Positions 8,747 to 18,577 of a stretch of 64,000 nucleotides of DNA are shown one piece after another. How positions within the stretch are numbered: the first letter of the stretch is position 1; the number at the start of each line of letters is the position of its first letter. The DNA comes from an uncultured Eubacteriales bacterium (lineage in GTDB: Bacteria; Bacillota; Clostridia; Oscillospirales; Oscillospiraceae). The notes below the pieces were generated by a model. It saw only the letters and a list, made by a program, of their open reading frames with translations. It was not told the DNA's origin and ran no database searches. Both the position numbers and the translations under genes were made by a program. The DNA lies in contig URPD01000004.1 in the NCBI GenBank assembly GCA_900549645.1, positions 1,421 through 65,420 of the forward strand, given 5' to 3'.

Positions 8747-9607
8747 ATGCCGGATATCAACGGTAAGACCCTGCTTGTGGGGCTGCTTGCAACCCCCATC
8801 CGCCACAGTAACTCTCCCAGAATGCAGAGCGAGGCATTCGCAATGACCGGGGTAAACTGCGTACAGCTCGCGTTCGAGGTCGGCAACGAGCAGCTTGAGG
8901 ACGCCGTGAATGGGCTTCGCGCTCTCGGCGCGGTGGGCTTTAACGTGTCAATGCCCAATAAGCGCATGGTCACTCAGTACCTCGACGAGCTTTCCACCGC
9001 CGCCGCGCTCAGCGGCTCGGTCAACACCGTAGTCAACGACAACGGTAAGCTCATAGGTCACAATACGGACGGCTACGGCTTCTGGGAATCGCTCCGCAGG
9101 AACAATATCGAGTTTGTCGGTAAGAAGGCGACTCTTATAGGCCCCGGCGGCGTGGGCGCTGCAATATGCGTGCAGGGCGCGCTCGACGGACTCGGCGAGA
9201 TATCCATCTTCACGCGGGCCGGCAAGTCCGAAAAGACCGCGAAGGAGCTTGTCAAAAAAATCAACGCGAACACCTCCTGCAAGGCGGCGATGTACATGGT
9301 CGAGGATGAGGCCGTGCTGCGCGAACAGATCGCGGACAGCGACCTGCTCATCAACGCCACCGGCGTCGGCATGGGGAGCCGCGCGGGCGAGAGCGTCATC
9401 ACCGACGGCAGTATGTTCCGTCCTGAGCTTACCGTGTGCGACGTCATTTATGCGCCGCTCAAGACCAAGCTTCTTGAAATCGCCGAGCAGCAGGGCTGCC
9501 GCATCCTCAACGGTCTGGACATGATGCTTTGTCAGGGGGCAAAGGGCTTCGAGCTCTGGACGGGGAAGACCTTCCCGATGGAAGAAATACGCGCAATGTT
9601 CTTTTGA
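8747..9607 (+). CDS. aroE: shikimate/quinate 5-dehydrogenase (AroE/YdiB family)
   Basis: Conserved motifs NVSMPNK, NTDGYGF and GPGGVGAAI (NAD(P)-binding). RBS AGGAGGAAACAATT before the ATG at 8747. The listed upstream start at 8708 is less likely. Confidence 0.8.
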   Translation: MPDINGKTLLVGLLATPIRHSNSPRMQSEAFAMTGVNCVQLAFEVGNEQLEDAVNGLRALGAVGFNVSMPNKRMVTQYLDELSTAAALSGSVNTVVNDNGKLIGHNTDGYGFWESLRRNNIEFVGKKATLIGPGGVGAAICVQGALDGLGEISIFTRAGKSEKTAKELVKKINANTSCKAAMYMVEDEAVLREQIADSDLLINATGVGMGSRAGESVITDGSMFRPELTVCDVIYAPLKTKLLEIAEQQGCRILNGLDMMLCQGAKGFELWTGKTFPMEEIRAMFF

Positions 9608-9634
9608 TATAAAATAAGTGAGGAAAAGTAAGGT

Positions 9635-10852
9635 ATGAAAGAAAAAAACAAGTATTTGCCGGTATGCGCGGCAATGTACGCAAACTATGCGGCGCACGGC
9701 TTCGGCCTCATAATACTCACGCAGACCGCAGCATGGCTGATGGAGAAGTTCAACACCGACATGGTGGGCGTATCCTATCTCGTCAGCGTCATGGCAATAG
9801 GCAAGATCGTCATCCTCGCAGTCTCCGGCGTTCTCTCAGATAAGTTCGGACGCAAGCCCTTCGTGTTCCTCGGCATAGCGTCGTACATAGTGTTCTTCCT
9901 CGGCATTTATTTTGCGAAGAGCTATTCGATAGCAGTGTTCTTTGCGCTGTTTGCAGGCGCGGGCAACTCCTTCCTTGACACCGGCAGTATGCCGGCGTTG
10001 ATCGAGGCGTACCCCAAGGCCAGCGGCACCGTCACCATCCTCCAGAAGGCCGCCGTCTCCGTCGGTCAGCTCCTGCTGCCCGTCTGCCTCGCGCTCTTCA
10101 TCAGCCGCAATATGTCCACCTCCAATCTCTACCTCGTCGCTACCGCGATCCTCGTTATTGCCGGCATAGTCATCGCGAGAGCTCCGTTCCCTCCGCTCAC
10201 CAAGGCTCCCGAAAAGGGCTCCGTCCCCGTGGACGAGGATGGCAACGCCCGCTTCAACTCCAAGCCCAAGCTCTGGCTTGAGGGCGCCTGCCTCATCGCC
10301 ATCGGCTTCACCTCCACCGCAAGCTTTACGCTCTTCTCCAACTGGGTCAAGATCTTCGGTCAGGAGATCATCGGCATGAGCGAGCCCTCCGCAGCCTACT
10401 GCATCAGCATGTACAGCACCACCTCCATCATCGGCGTTGTCGTGACCTCCATCGCGATAAAGAAGTTCATCAAGCCCTGCCGCCTGCTGGTCGTGTACCC
10501 GCTGCTCTCCGTTATCGCGCTGCTCCTGCTCGCGTTTGCGCCGAGTGCTGCGGTCTGCCGCATAGCCTCCATCATCATCGGCTGGACTGCCGCCGGCGGC
10601 GTGCTCCAGATGGCCGTCGCGGTCATGGCCGACCTCTTCCCGATGGGCAAGGGCAAGGTCACCAGCGTCGTCTACATGCTCTGCTCCATTTGTATGCTAG
10701 TTATACCTACCGTCGCAGGCTGGGTATACAAGGCGTCCGGCTCCACCAGCGTTATGCTGCTCAACGCCGGCATTACCCTCCTCGGCGCACTCCTCGGCGT
10801 TGTCGTAAACGTCCGCTATAATATGCTCACCAAGGGTGTGGCGACCGCCTGA
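9635..10852 (+). CDS. MFS transporter
   Basis: 405 aa, 12 predicted TM helices, MFS-like loop motifs. Confidence 0.7.
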   Translation: MKEKNKYLPVCAAMYANYAAHGFGLIILTQTAAWLMEKFNTDMVGVSYLVSVMAIGKIVILAVSGVLSDKFGRKPFVFLGIASYIVFFLGIYFAKSYSIAVFFALFAGAGNSFLDTGSMPALIEAYPKASGTVTILQKAAVSVGQLLLPVCLALFISRNMSTSNLYLVATAILVIAGIVIARAPFPPLTKAPEKGSVPVDEDGNARFNSKPKLWLEGACLIAIGFTSTASFTLFSNWVKIFGQEIIGMSEPSAAYCISMYSTTSIIGVVVTSIAIKKFIKPCRLLVVYPLLSVIALLLLAFAPSAAVCRIASIIIGWTAAGGVLQMAVAVMADLFPMGKGKVTSVVYMLCSICMLVIPTVAGWVYKASGSTSVMLLNAGITLLGALLGVVVNVRYNMLTKGVATA

Positions 10853-10884
10853 GCGCATAAATAAAACTGTAAAGGGGCCTTAGT

Positions 10885-12321
10885 ATGCAAAACAATTTCA
10901 TTGCCATGATAATTGTCATATTATACATGGTTATCCTGCTGGCCATCTCTTGGTATTCGACCAAATACCTTCAGAAAAAGGACAGCGCAAGCTTCCTCTT
11001 CGCGAAAAAGGCGATGGGCTGGCCTCTCGTCGCAATGATCGTGTCAGGCTGCGCGATCGGCGGCTCCGCGACTCTCGGAGTTGCGGAGAAGGCCTACACG
11101 CACGGCATATCGGCAGCATGGTGGACGATGGCATGGGCGTTTGCCGCCGTGTTCTACGGCGCTGTGCTCGCCCGGCGCGTCAACCGCTCCCGCTATGAGA
11201 CGGTCAATCAGATGTACGGCGCCGTCTACGGGGACAAGTTCCTGACCGTATCGGTCGTCGTGCAGATACTCAATATGTTCGTAGTAAACGCGCTTCAGGT
11301 TTACGCGGGCGGCGCAATACTCTCTTCGCTGCTGCCGGAGTATTTCAGCCTGAGCACAGGCATCATCGTCTCCGCGGGCGTGTTCATGGTCATCACCTTC
11401 ATAGGAGGACTGTGGGCGGCGGCACTGTCGAACATCGTGAATGTCGCGGTCATCTATGTCGGCATCCTCTTCGGCGGCATACACGCGCTGAACAGCGCCG
11501 GCGGCGTGCAGGGGCTCACCGCCTCGCTTCCGAGTGGTATCCCTTGGTTCGGCCTCAACGGCTTCAGCCTGCTGATAGTTGTGGGCTGGTTCGTGACCAT
11601 GTTCGTAAACGCGATGCCGCATACGGCGGTCACGCAGGCCGCGGTAGCGGCGAAGGATCCCAAGAACGCGAGAACCGGCATAATCGCCGCCGGACTGATA
11701 ATGATACCGCCCGGAATCTTCTCGGCGATATTCGGCATAGCTGCGGCAAAGATGTACCCCAACCTCGCAAGTGCGTCTCTGGCGCTGCCGATGGTTGCAA
11801 CGTCCTTCTCTCCGCTCATCGCGGGTCTCATCCTCTCCGGACTCTGGGCGGCGGACGTTTCGACCGCGACGACCTTCATCATGGGCGGCAGCTCCATGAT
11901 AATCAAGGACATCATCGTCAAGTTCTTCAAGAAGGACATGAGCGAGGAGAAGCAGCTCGTGCTCTCCAAGATTATGATAGTGCTCATCTCCGTGCTTGGC
12001 TGCCTCGCGGCCCTGCAGATAAAGAGCATACTTGACGTGCTGAATACGGCAATCGGCTTCTTCGCGCCCTTCGCCGTGATCCTGATCGTGACATATATTT
12101 TCCCGCGCTTCGCGAAGAAATCCACCTGCTGGTGGGTGTTCGTGCCGAGCTGCATCATCTATCTGGTTTCGACCTTCCTTGTGAAGAGTCTTGCCATCGG
12201 CGGACAGCCCGTGTTCACGACCGTTGTCGTCGCTCTGATCGGCCTTGTCATTTCAAACATAATTGATAAGCGCAGCGCCGACTGCGATAATCTCTACAAA
12301 ACGGAATCTGCTGAAAATTGA
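10885..12321 (+). CDS. sodium:solute symporter (SSS) family transporter
   Basis: 478 aa with SSS-type topology and motifs (GGSATLGVAEKAY...). Confidence 0.7.
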   Translation: MQNNFIAMIIVILYMVILLAISWYSTKYLQKKDSASFLFAKKAMGWPLVAMIVSGCAIGGSATLGVAEKAYTHGISAAWWTMAWAFAAVFYGAVLARRVNRSRYETVNQMYGAVYGDKFLTVSVVVQILNMFVVNALQVYAGGAILSSLLPEYFSLSTGIIVSAGVFMVITFIGGLWAAALSNIVNVAVIYVGILFGGIHALNSAGGVQGLTASLPSGIPWFGLNGFSLLIVVGWFVTMFVNAMPHTAVTQAAVAAKDPKNARTGIIAAGLIMIPPGIFSAIFGIAAAKMYPNLASASLALPMVATSFSPLIAGLILSGLWAADVSTATTFIMGGSSMIIKDIIVKFFKKDMSEEKQLVLSKIMIVLISVLGCLAALQIKSILDVLNTAIGFFAPFAVILIVTYIFPRFAKKSTCWWVFVPSCIIYLVSTFLVKSLAIGGQPVFTTVVVALIGLVISNIIDKRSADCDNLYKTESAEN

Positions 12322-12336
12322 GAAAGGAGCCAAAGC

Positions 12337-13107
12337 ATGAAAACACTGAACGTTCGCGGCCTTACCCTCGGAGAGGGCAGAGAGAAAATAATCTGCCCCA
12401 TCATGGAGCCCAAGATAGACGACGCGCTGGAGACGATGGAGCTTGTGAAGAAGTCCCGCGTCGACGCGATAGAGTACAGAGGCGACTGGAGCGAGGACGT
12501 CCATGACCCCGCCAAGATGCAGGACAACGTCCGCCGCATCCGCGAGAGTCTCGGCGAGTTCCCAATCCTCTTTACCTTCCGCTCCGTAAACGAGGGCGGC
12601 CATCTCGACCTCCCCGCGGAGGAGTACATCACCCTGACCAAGGCCATGATAGACTCCGGCTGCCTTGACCTCGTCGACATCGAGTATTGGATCGGCGATG
12701 AGCGCGTGAAGGAGCTTATCGACTACGCGAGAGCCAAGGGCGTCTACTCCGTGTATACTTATCACAACTTTAAGGACACCCCGCCCGTCGAGTGGATATG
12801 CGATTACATCGCGCATGGCCGCGAGCTGGGCGCTGACATCCAGAAGTGCGCGACGATGGCAGCAAGCAAGAAGGATCTTCTGAAGCTGCTCACCGCAACC
12901 GAAATGATGACCTGCGGCGAGGACGACGGCCTTGTACTCACCATGGCGATGGGCGCGGACGGTATGCTGAGCCGACTGACTGGCGAGATCTTCGGCTCCT
13001 GCCTGACCTTCTGCAGCCTCAAGGCCGCAAGCGCACCTGGTCAGGTCGACTGCGACAGCGCATACACCATCATGCAGACTCTGCACAATTGCATCGCAAA
13101 GAGCTGA
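12337..13107 (+). CDS. aroD: 3-dehydroquinate dehydratase, type I
   Basis: 256 aa. The ...ICPIMEP...VDAIEYR... TIM-barrel motifs and Schiff-base-type architecture match AroD type I. Confidence 0.8.
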   Translation: MKTLNVRGLTLGEGREKIICPIMEPKIDDALETMELVKKSRVDAIEYRGDWSEDVHDPAKMQDNVRRIRESLGEFPILFTFRSVNEGGHLDLPAEEYITLTKAMIDSGCLDLVDIEYWIGDERVKELIDYARAKGVYSVYTYHNFKDTPPVEWICDYIAHGRELGADIQKCATMAASKKDLLKLLTATEMMTCGEDDGLVLTMAMGADGMLSRLTGEIFGSCLTFCSLKAASAPGQVDCDSAYTIMQTLHNCIAKS

Positions 13108-13190
13108 ACAGCATAAAAAGTACGCAGGCTTTCCTGCGTACTTTTTATATAGAAAAGCGAGCGGACATTCCGCTCGCTTTTATTTCGTAA
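13108..13190. terminator. pair of convergent terminators (aroD + strand; cysS - strand)
   Basis: aaaaagtacgcagg-cttt-cctgcgtactttttat (13113-13150) and aaagcgagcgg-acatt-ccgctcgcttttatttcg (13153-13188). Confidence 0.7.
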
Positions 13191-14642
13191 TTATATGCGC
13201 TTCCACTTTGCGCCGTGGGGGATGTCAGTAACTTCAATGCCCTGCGCCTTCAGCGCGTCGCGGATGCGGTCAGCCTCAGCGAAGTTCTTGGCCTTCTTCG
13301 CGTCCTGCCGCGCCATGATCTGTGCTTCGACTTCGGCGTCTGCCTCGCCGGATTCGGAGATGACGGTGAACTGACCGGCGACTGCGGCCTGCTTCTTCAG
13401 CTCCTCGCGCTTCGCGTCGCCCTTCTTGATGAGGTCAAGCCCAAGCACACGGTCAAAATCGGCCAGCATGTGGAGCTTGGTCGCGTCGTTGGTCTTGTAC
13501 TTCAGCACGTCGTACAGAGAGGTGACGGCGAGGGAAGTGTTCAGGTCGTTGTCGAGTGCGGCGGTGAACTTCGCGCGAAGCGCGGTCATCGCTTCCTCAT
13601 CAAGTTCGCCGTCGCCGGGCTTGAGTGCCGCAACCTTGGCGATGAGCTTGTTGTAGGTGACCTGAGCGTTGTCAAGGTTCTCCCATGTGAACACGAGAGA
13701 CTTGCGGTAATGGCTCTGGAGGCAGAACAGACGGTAGGCCAGCGGGTCATAGCCCTTCTGCTCAAGCAGGGATACGGTCAGAAACTCGCCCTTGGACTTC
13801 GACATCTTGCCGCTGCTGGTGTTGAGATGCAGCACATGCATCCAGTAGTTGCACCATTTGTGGCCGAGGTAGGCTTCGGACTGCGCGATCTCGTTGGTGT
13901 GGTGCGGGAAGGCGTTGTCAATGCCGCCGCAGTGGATGTCCAGATCCTCGCCGAGATGCTTCATCGAGATGCCGGAGCACTCAATGTGCCAGCCGGGGTA
14001 GCCGACGCCCCACGGGGAATCCCATTTGAGCGCCTGATCCTCGAACTTCGACTTTGTAAACCACAGGACGAAGTCGTTCTTGTTGCGCTTGTTGCTGTCC
14101 TCCTCGACGCCCTCGCGCACGCCGACCGCGAGGTCTTCCTCGTTGAAGTCGTTGAAAACATAATACTTCTCAAGCTTGGAGGTGTCAAAGTACACGTTGC
14201 CGCCGGCGAAATAGGCGTAGCCGGTGTCCATGAGCTTGGAGATTATCTTGATATACTCGTCGATGCAGTGCGTCGCAGGCTCGACGACATCAGGAGTCTT
14301 GATGTTGAGCTTGGCGCAGTCGGCAAAGAACGCGTCGGTATAGAACTGCGCGATCTCCATAACGGTCTTGTGCTCGCGCTTTGCGCCCTTGAGCATCTTG
14401 TCCTCGCCCTCATCGGCGTCCGAGGTCAAGTGTCCGACGTCGGTGATGTTCATAACGCGCTTGACGTTATAGCCGAGGTAGCGCAGGTACTTCTCCAGAA
14501 TGTCTTCCATGATGTAGGAGCGGAGATTGCCGATATGCGCGAAGTGATACACGGTAGGGCCGCAGGTATACATCTTCACTATATCGGGGTGATTCGGCAC
14601 GAACTCCTCGCGCTGTCTGGTTGCAGAATTATAAAGCTTCAT
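13191..14642 (-). CDS. cysS: cysteinyl-tRNA synthetase
   Basis: HIGN (HIGH) and KMSKSKGEF (KMSKS) motifs, and the Zn-binding Cys pattern. Start ATG at 14642 (MKLYNS) has RBS GGGAGG. The listed 14654 start lacks an RBS. Confidence 0.9.
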   Translation of the reverse strand: MKLYNSATRQREEFVPNHPDIVKMYTCGPTVYHFAHIGNLRSYIMEDILEKYLRYLGYNVKRVMNITDVGHLTSDADEGEDKMLKGAKREHKTVMEIAQFYTDAFFADCAKLNIKTPDVVEPATHCIDEYIKIISKLMDTGYAYFAGGNVYFDTSKLEKYYVFNDFNEEDLAVGVREGVEEDSNKRNKNDFVLWFTKSKFEDQALKWDSPWGVGYPGWHIECSGISMKHLGEDLDIHCGGIDNAFPHHTNEIAQSEAYLGHKWCNYWMHVLHLNTSSGKMSKSKGEFLTVSLLEQKGYDPLAYRLFCLQSHYRKSLVFTWENLDNAQVTYNKLIAKVAALKPGDGELDEEAMTALRAKFTAALDNDLNTSLAVTSLYDVLKYKTNDATKLHMLADFDRVLGLDLIKKGDAKREELKKQAAVAGQFTVISESGEADAEVEAQIMARQDAKKAKNFAEADRIRDALKAQGIEVTDIPHGAKWKRI

Positions 14643-14660
14643 ATGTCCTCCCAAAACATG

Positions 14661-15185
14661 TCAAGAATGAGCTTTGAAAACGTCGCGGTTTGCGACGAAA
14701 TATTCCACGCCGGAATAGACGGTTGTGACGATGATGAGAATATAGCACACGAGATTGACCACGGGGTACTGCTGGCCGAACACCAGCATCGCACCGAGAC
14801 CGACCATCGTGCAGCCGGTTTTGATTTTGCCGGAGCGCGCGGCGGCGATAACGCGGCTCTGCTCCACGGCGATGAGCCGCAGGCCGGACACAGCAAACTC
14901 GCGGAACAGCACTATTGCGACCGCCCAGCCGGGCATCTGGCCGTTCTCAATGAAAAAGCACATCGCCGACAGTACCAGCATTTTATCAGCCAGCGGGTCA
15001 ACGAACTTGCCGAAGTTTGACACCTGATTGTAGTGCCGCGCGATGTAGCCGTCGGCCACGTCGGACAGACAGGCAATTATGTAAACCGCGAGCGCCCAGT
15101 ATTTCAGCCCCGTGTAGGCAAGCACCAGAAAAACGGGTATCAGGACAATGCGGAACATAGTGATCTTGTTTGCGGTTATATTCAT
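14661..15185 (-). CDS. pgsA: CDP-diacylglycerol--glycerol-3-phosphate 3-phosphatidyltransferase
   Basis: CDP-alcohol phosphatidyltransferase motif DVADGYIAR...G...DPLADK. Start ATG at 15185 has RBS GAGGTG; the listed start at 15191 is GTG. Confidence 0.85.
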   Translation of the reverse strand: MNITANKITMFRIVLIPVFLVLAYTGLKYWALAVYIIACLSDVADGYIARHYNQVSNFGKFVDPLADKMLVLSAMCFFIENGQMPGWAVAIVLFREFAVSGLRLIAVEQSRVIAAARSGKIKTGCTMVGLGAMLVFGQQYPVVNLVCYILIIVTTVYSGVEYFVANRDVFKAHS

Positions 15186-15199
15186 GCTCACACCTCTTT

Positions 15200-16513
15200 T
15201 TATATCTCGTCGCCGATAAGCATACCGTCGTCCGCGCCGCTTATCAGAACATCTGTCATCTCACCTTCGGGGCAGCGGCCGGTGAAGTACACCAGCCCGT
15301 CGATATCGGGGGAGTCGGCGTAGCTGCGGCCGATGCAGCGCTGAAGCTCTTCGTCATAGCCGACGCAGAGCACGCGGATTGTTTTGCCGACGAAGCTCTG
15401 ACAGAAATCGTCCATTATCGGGGCTTGAAGCTGCATAATGAGGTCGGCGCGGCGGCGCGCCTCGTCCTCGTCTACATGCTCCATCTTGGCCGCCGGGGTG
15501 CCCTCCTCAGGAGAGAAGGGGAATACGCCGACGCGCTCTATGCGCGCCTCGCGCAGGAACTCGCACAGCTCATCAAATTCCGCTTCGCCCTCGCCGGGCA
15601 GACCCGCGATAAGGCTCGTCCGCAGGACAAGGCCGGGGATGCGCTCGCGCAGAGTTTTGAACAGCTCGCGTATCTCGTCGCCGGTTCCGCGGCGGTTCAT
15701 GCGCTTGAGAATGGCGTTGTTGATGTGCTGTATCGGGATGTCGAGATACTTGACAACCTTGTCGTTCGAGGCCAGCTCGTCGATAAGCTCGTCGTCAAAC
15801 TGGTCGGGGTACAGGTAGTGCAGCCGTATCCACTCGACGCCGTCTATCTTCGCAAGCTCGCGGCACAGGCGGGCAAGACTGCGCTTGCCGTAGATATCCG
15901 TGCCGTAGCGGGTGATGTCCTGCGCGATGACGATAAGCTCCTTGACCCCGTGCTGCGCAAGCTCCGTCGCCTCGTCGATGATGTTCTCAATCGGCCTTGA
16001 GCGGTAGCGCCCGCGGATATAAGGTATCGCGCAGAAGGCGCAGAAATTGTTGCAGCCCTCGGCGATGCGCAGATACGCCCAGCCCGGCCCGGTCGAGACG
16101 ACGCGGGGAATCTCATCCACGGCGGCGCTGTTGCTACCGAACAGGCTGAGTCCGCGCCCCTCGCAGACGGTGTTCGCCGCCGCGACGATATCGCCGAAGC
16201 TGCCGACGCCGAGCACAGCGTCGATCTCCGGAAGCTCGCTTTGTATTGAGTCCTTATACCGTTCGGCAAGACAGCCCGTCACGATAAGGCCGCCGAGCTT
16301 ACCGGCCTTTTTCAGCTCGGCCATTTCGAGAATGTTGTCGATGGCCTCGGTTTTTGCGGCGTCGATGAAGCCGCAGGTGTTGACTATTGCGAGATCCGCA
16401 CCCTCCGGGTCGGGGACAAGCTCGTAGCCCGCCTCGCTCATAAGGTACAGCATCTGCTCGCTGTTGACAAGATTCTTGGCACAGCCAAGAGAAATCATTG
16501 CGAATGTACTCAT
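15200..16513 (-). CDS. rimO: ribosomal protein S12 methylthiotransferase (MiaB-family radical SAM)
   Basis: 437 aa with an MTTase N-domain, radical-SAM CxxxCxxC (CAFCAIP) and a C-terminal TRAM domain. Start overlaps the recX stop (ATGA). Confidence 0.8.
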   Translation of the reverse strand: MSTFAMISLGCAKNLVNSEQMLYLMSEAGYELVPDPEGADLAIVNTCGFIDAAKTEAIDNILEMAELKKAGKLGGLIVTGCLAERYKDSIQSELPEIDAVLGVGSFGDIVAAANTVCEGRGLSLFGSNSAAVDEIPRVVSTGPGWAYLRIAEGCNNFCAFCAIPYIRGRYRSRPIENIIDEATELAQHGVKELIVIAQDITRYGTDIYGKRSLARLCRELAKIDGVEWIRLHYLYPDQFDDELIDELASNDKVVKYLDIPIQHINNAILKRMNRRGTGDEIRELFKTLRERIPGLVLRTSLIAGLPGEGEAEFDELCEFLREARIERVGVFPFSPEEGTPAAKMEHVDEDEARRRADLIMQLQAPIMDDFCQSFVGKTIRVLCVGYDEELQRCIGRSYADSPDIDGLVYFTGRCPEGEMTDVLISGADDGMLIGDEI

Positions 16514-17139
16514 CAGAAATCCTCGTATTGCTTACTGTATTGTTCCACCGCCGTGCGGATATCGTCCCAAGAGTAGCCCCGGCGGTAGAGCGCCGCGCTC
16601 ACCTTGCGCACTGCCGCGAGGTCAAACGGATCGGGCAGGTGCTGCCGCAGGTAGCGGGCGAGCGCACCGTCGTTCTCCGGCAGCTCGGCGAGAGCATCGT
16701 CCCACAGCTCGCGGCTTATCCCACGGCGGCTGAGCTCCATGCGGATGCGGCTGACGCCGAGATTCTTCGCCGCGTAGTGCCGCACGATAGCGGCGGCATA
16801 GGTTTCGTCGTTTATAAAGCCGTGCTCGGCCAGCCAGTCGGCGCAGTAGGCAGCGGTGTCTGCGTCCTCGCCATTCTGAACCAGCTTGTCGCGCAGCTCC
16901 TTGCGGGAGTACATGCGGCGCGACACCATGCCGAGCGCGCGGTCGCGCGCGAGGGCGCGGGCGGAATCGCGGCGCAGTGCCTCGGCGGACGCGTCGTCAA
17001 GCTCCGCGCCGTTATAGAGCCGGTGCTCTGTCACAACGCCCAGAGTTGTTTTTATCTCCTCCGCCTCGTCCAGCGTGACTATGAGCCGGTCGGACGAGGT
17101 CTGCCTGATGGCGGTGACGACCATGACCGTATCAGCCAT
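16513..17139 (-). CDS. recX: RecA regulator RecX
   Basis: 208 aa with the three-helix-repeat RecX architecture. Overlaps the recA stop by 8 nt. Confidence 0.8.
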   Translation of the reverse strand: MADTVMVVTAIRQTSSDRLIVTLDEAEEIKTTLGVVTEHRLYNGAELDDASAEALRRDSARALARDRALGMVSRRMYSRKELRDKLVQNGEDADTAAYCADWLAEHGFINDETYAAAIVRHYAAKNLGVSRIRMELSRRGISRELWDDALAELPENDGALARYLRQHLPDPFDLAAVRKVSAALYRRGYSWDDIRTAVEQYSKQYEDF

Positions 17140-18235
17140 CGTCGAAGTCCGCCGCGGTTATATCGACGGCACGGCCGGAGACCTGCGCGGCCTTGCGCGC
17201 CTGCGGGCTCATAAGCTTGAAGGAGTTTGCGCGGATCTCCTGCTCAATCTTGTCGCAGACCTCAGGATTATTGCGCAGATATTCCTTCACGGCGTCGCGC
17301 CCCTGCACGCGCTGGCCGTCGACGGTGAACCACGCGCCGGCCTTGTCGATTATCTCAAGCTTGACGCCGAGGTCGACTATCTCGCCGATCTTCGAGATGC
17401 CCTCGCCGTACATGATGTCGAACTCCGCCTCGCGGAACGGGGGAGCGACCTTGTTCTTGACGACCTTTGCGCGGGTGCGGTTGCCTATCATCTCTGTGCC
17501 GTTTTTCAGCGTTTCGATGCGGCGCACGTCGATACGGACGGAGGCGTAGTACTTCAGCGCCAGACCGCCGGGGGTGGTCTCCGGATTGCCGTACATGACA
17601 CCGATCTTCTGACGCAGCTGGTTTATGAAAATGACGGTGCAGTTATTCTTGCTTATCGCACCGGCCAGACGGCGCATGGCCTGAGACATCAGCCTCGCCA
17701 GCGCGCCGACGACGGTATCGCCGACCTCACCCTCAAGCTCAACGCGGGGGATGAGCGCGGCGACGGAGTCGATGACCAGCACGTCGATAGCGCCGGAGCG
17801 CACGAGGGACTCGGCGATGTCGAGCGCCTGCTCGCCGGTGTCCGGCTGGGAGATGAGGAGGCTGTCTATATCGACGCCGAGGGCGCGGGCGTAGGCAGGC
17901 TCCAGCGCGTGCTCAACGTCGATGTATGCCGCTTCGCCGCCGCTTTTCTGCGCGGAAGCGACGACGTGGAGCGCAAGAGTCGTCTTACCGGAAGCCTCAG
18001 GGCCGTATATCTCCACGATACGTCCGCGGGGGACACCGCCGATGCCGAGGGCAAGGTCGAGAGAGAGCGAACCGGTTGACAGAGCCTCAACATTAACCGG
18101 AATATCGTCGCCCAGACGCATGATGGTGCCCTTGCCGTAATCCTTTTCGATTCTGGCGATAGCGGTCTCAAGAGCTTTTTTCTTATCGGTCGCGGGCGCG
18201 GCGACGACCGGAACGGATTTTTTCTTTTCAGCCAT
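17132..18235 (-). CDS. recA: recombinase RecA
   Basis: Walker [14 protein letters not shown]1/L2 loops and RecA signature motifs. RBS AAAGGAGAG. Confidence 0.97.
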   Translation of the reverse strand: MAEKKKSVPVVAAPATDKKKALETAIARIEKDYGKGTIMRLGDDIPVNVEALSTGSLSLDLALGIGGVPRGRIVEIYGPEASGKTTLALHVVASAQKSGGEAAYIDVEHALEPAYARALGVDIDSLLISQPDTGEQALDIAESLVRSGAIDVLVIDSVAALIPRVELEGEVGDTVVGALARLMSQAMRRLAGAISKNNCTVIFINQLRQKIGVMYGNPETTPGGLALKYYASVRIDVRRIETLKNGTEMIGNRTRAKVVKNKVAPPFREAEFDIMYGEGISKIGEIVDLGVKLEIIDKAGAWFTVDGQRVQGRDAVKEYLRNNPEVCDKIEQEIRANSFKLMSPQARKAAQVSGRAVDITAADFDDG

Positions 18236-18279
18236 GTGTAGCTCTCCTTTTATATAATAGTAGATTTGTTCGTATTTAA

Positions 18280-18330
18280 ATTATATCTTCAGTATAAATT
18301 TGAAAACGATGTACAGTGCAAGCCCGAAGC
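18280..18330 (-). promoter_or_regulatory. candidate recA promoter region (-10 TATAAT at 18285..18280 on - strand)
   Basis: AT-rich stretch with a perfect TATAAT about 45 nt upstream of the recA ATG. No Cheo/LexA box found. Confidence 0.3.
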
Positions 18331-18571
18331 AGGACAGCAGAAGTCCGAGCCTGACAGTGGATGCGCGGGCCTTTTTCAGCTGTATACCCGCGATAATGAT
18401 CCCCGCGAGCGAGGACAGGGGCGGCACGACCTGCGCCGCGAAGATGAGCCATATGTATTGCCACGCGTTTTCCGCGGTTCCGAATACGCCTCTGTGCATC
18501 AGAACCGGGACGACGGGCAGAAGTACGTTTATTATTCCGTGGATGAGCGCAAATTTCGGCTTCTTTTTCAT
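18281..18571 (-). CDS. small hypothetical membrane protein between prmC and recA
   Basis: 96 aa with three hydrophobic helices. Start lies 6 nt after the prmC stop (translational coupling plausible; no SD). Confidence 0.5.
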   Translation of the reverse strand: MKKKPKFALIHGIINVLLPVVPVLMHRGVFGTAENAWQYIWLIFAAQVVPPLSSLAGIIIAGIQLKKARASTVRLGLLLSCFGLALYIVFKFILKI

Positions 18572-18577
18572 AGGCGC

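Noticed and set aside
14643-14660. T-box or other leader upstream of cysS.
   Set aside because: Only 18 nt separate cysS from pgsA, which leaves no room for a riboswitch. cysS is evidently co-transcribed within the rimO-pgsA-cysS unit.
13215-15020. Very long antisense ORFs in the supplied track (e.g. 601 aa opposite cysS; 626 aa at 19550..21430; 890 aa at 49373..52045; 624 aa at 44963..46837; 506 aa at 39306..40826; 433 aa at 5522..6823).
   Set aside because: They lie opposite strongly supported conserved genes, have Arg/Ala/Gly-rich low-complexity products typical of out-of-frame or antisense reading of high-GC DNA, and have no RBS or start context. They are GC-driven artefacts.
18236-18330. 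LexA (Cheo-box, CGAACnnnnGTTCG / GAAC-N4-GTTC) operator upstream of recA.
   Set aside because: Only an isolated GTTCG half-site (about 18266) is present and no palindromic partner, so no SOS box is called.
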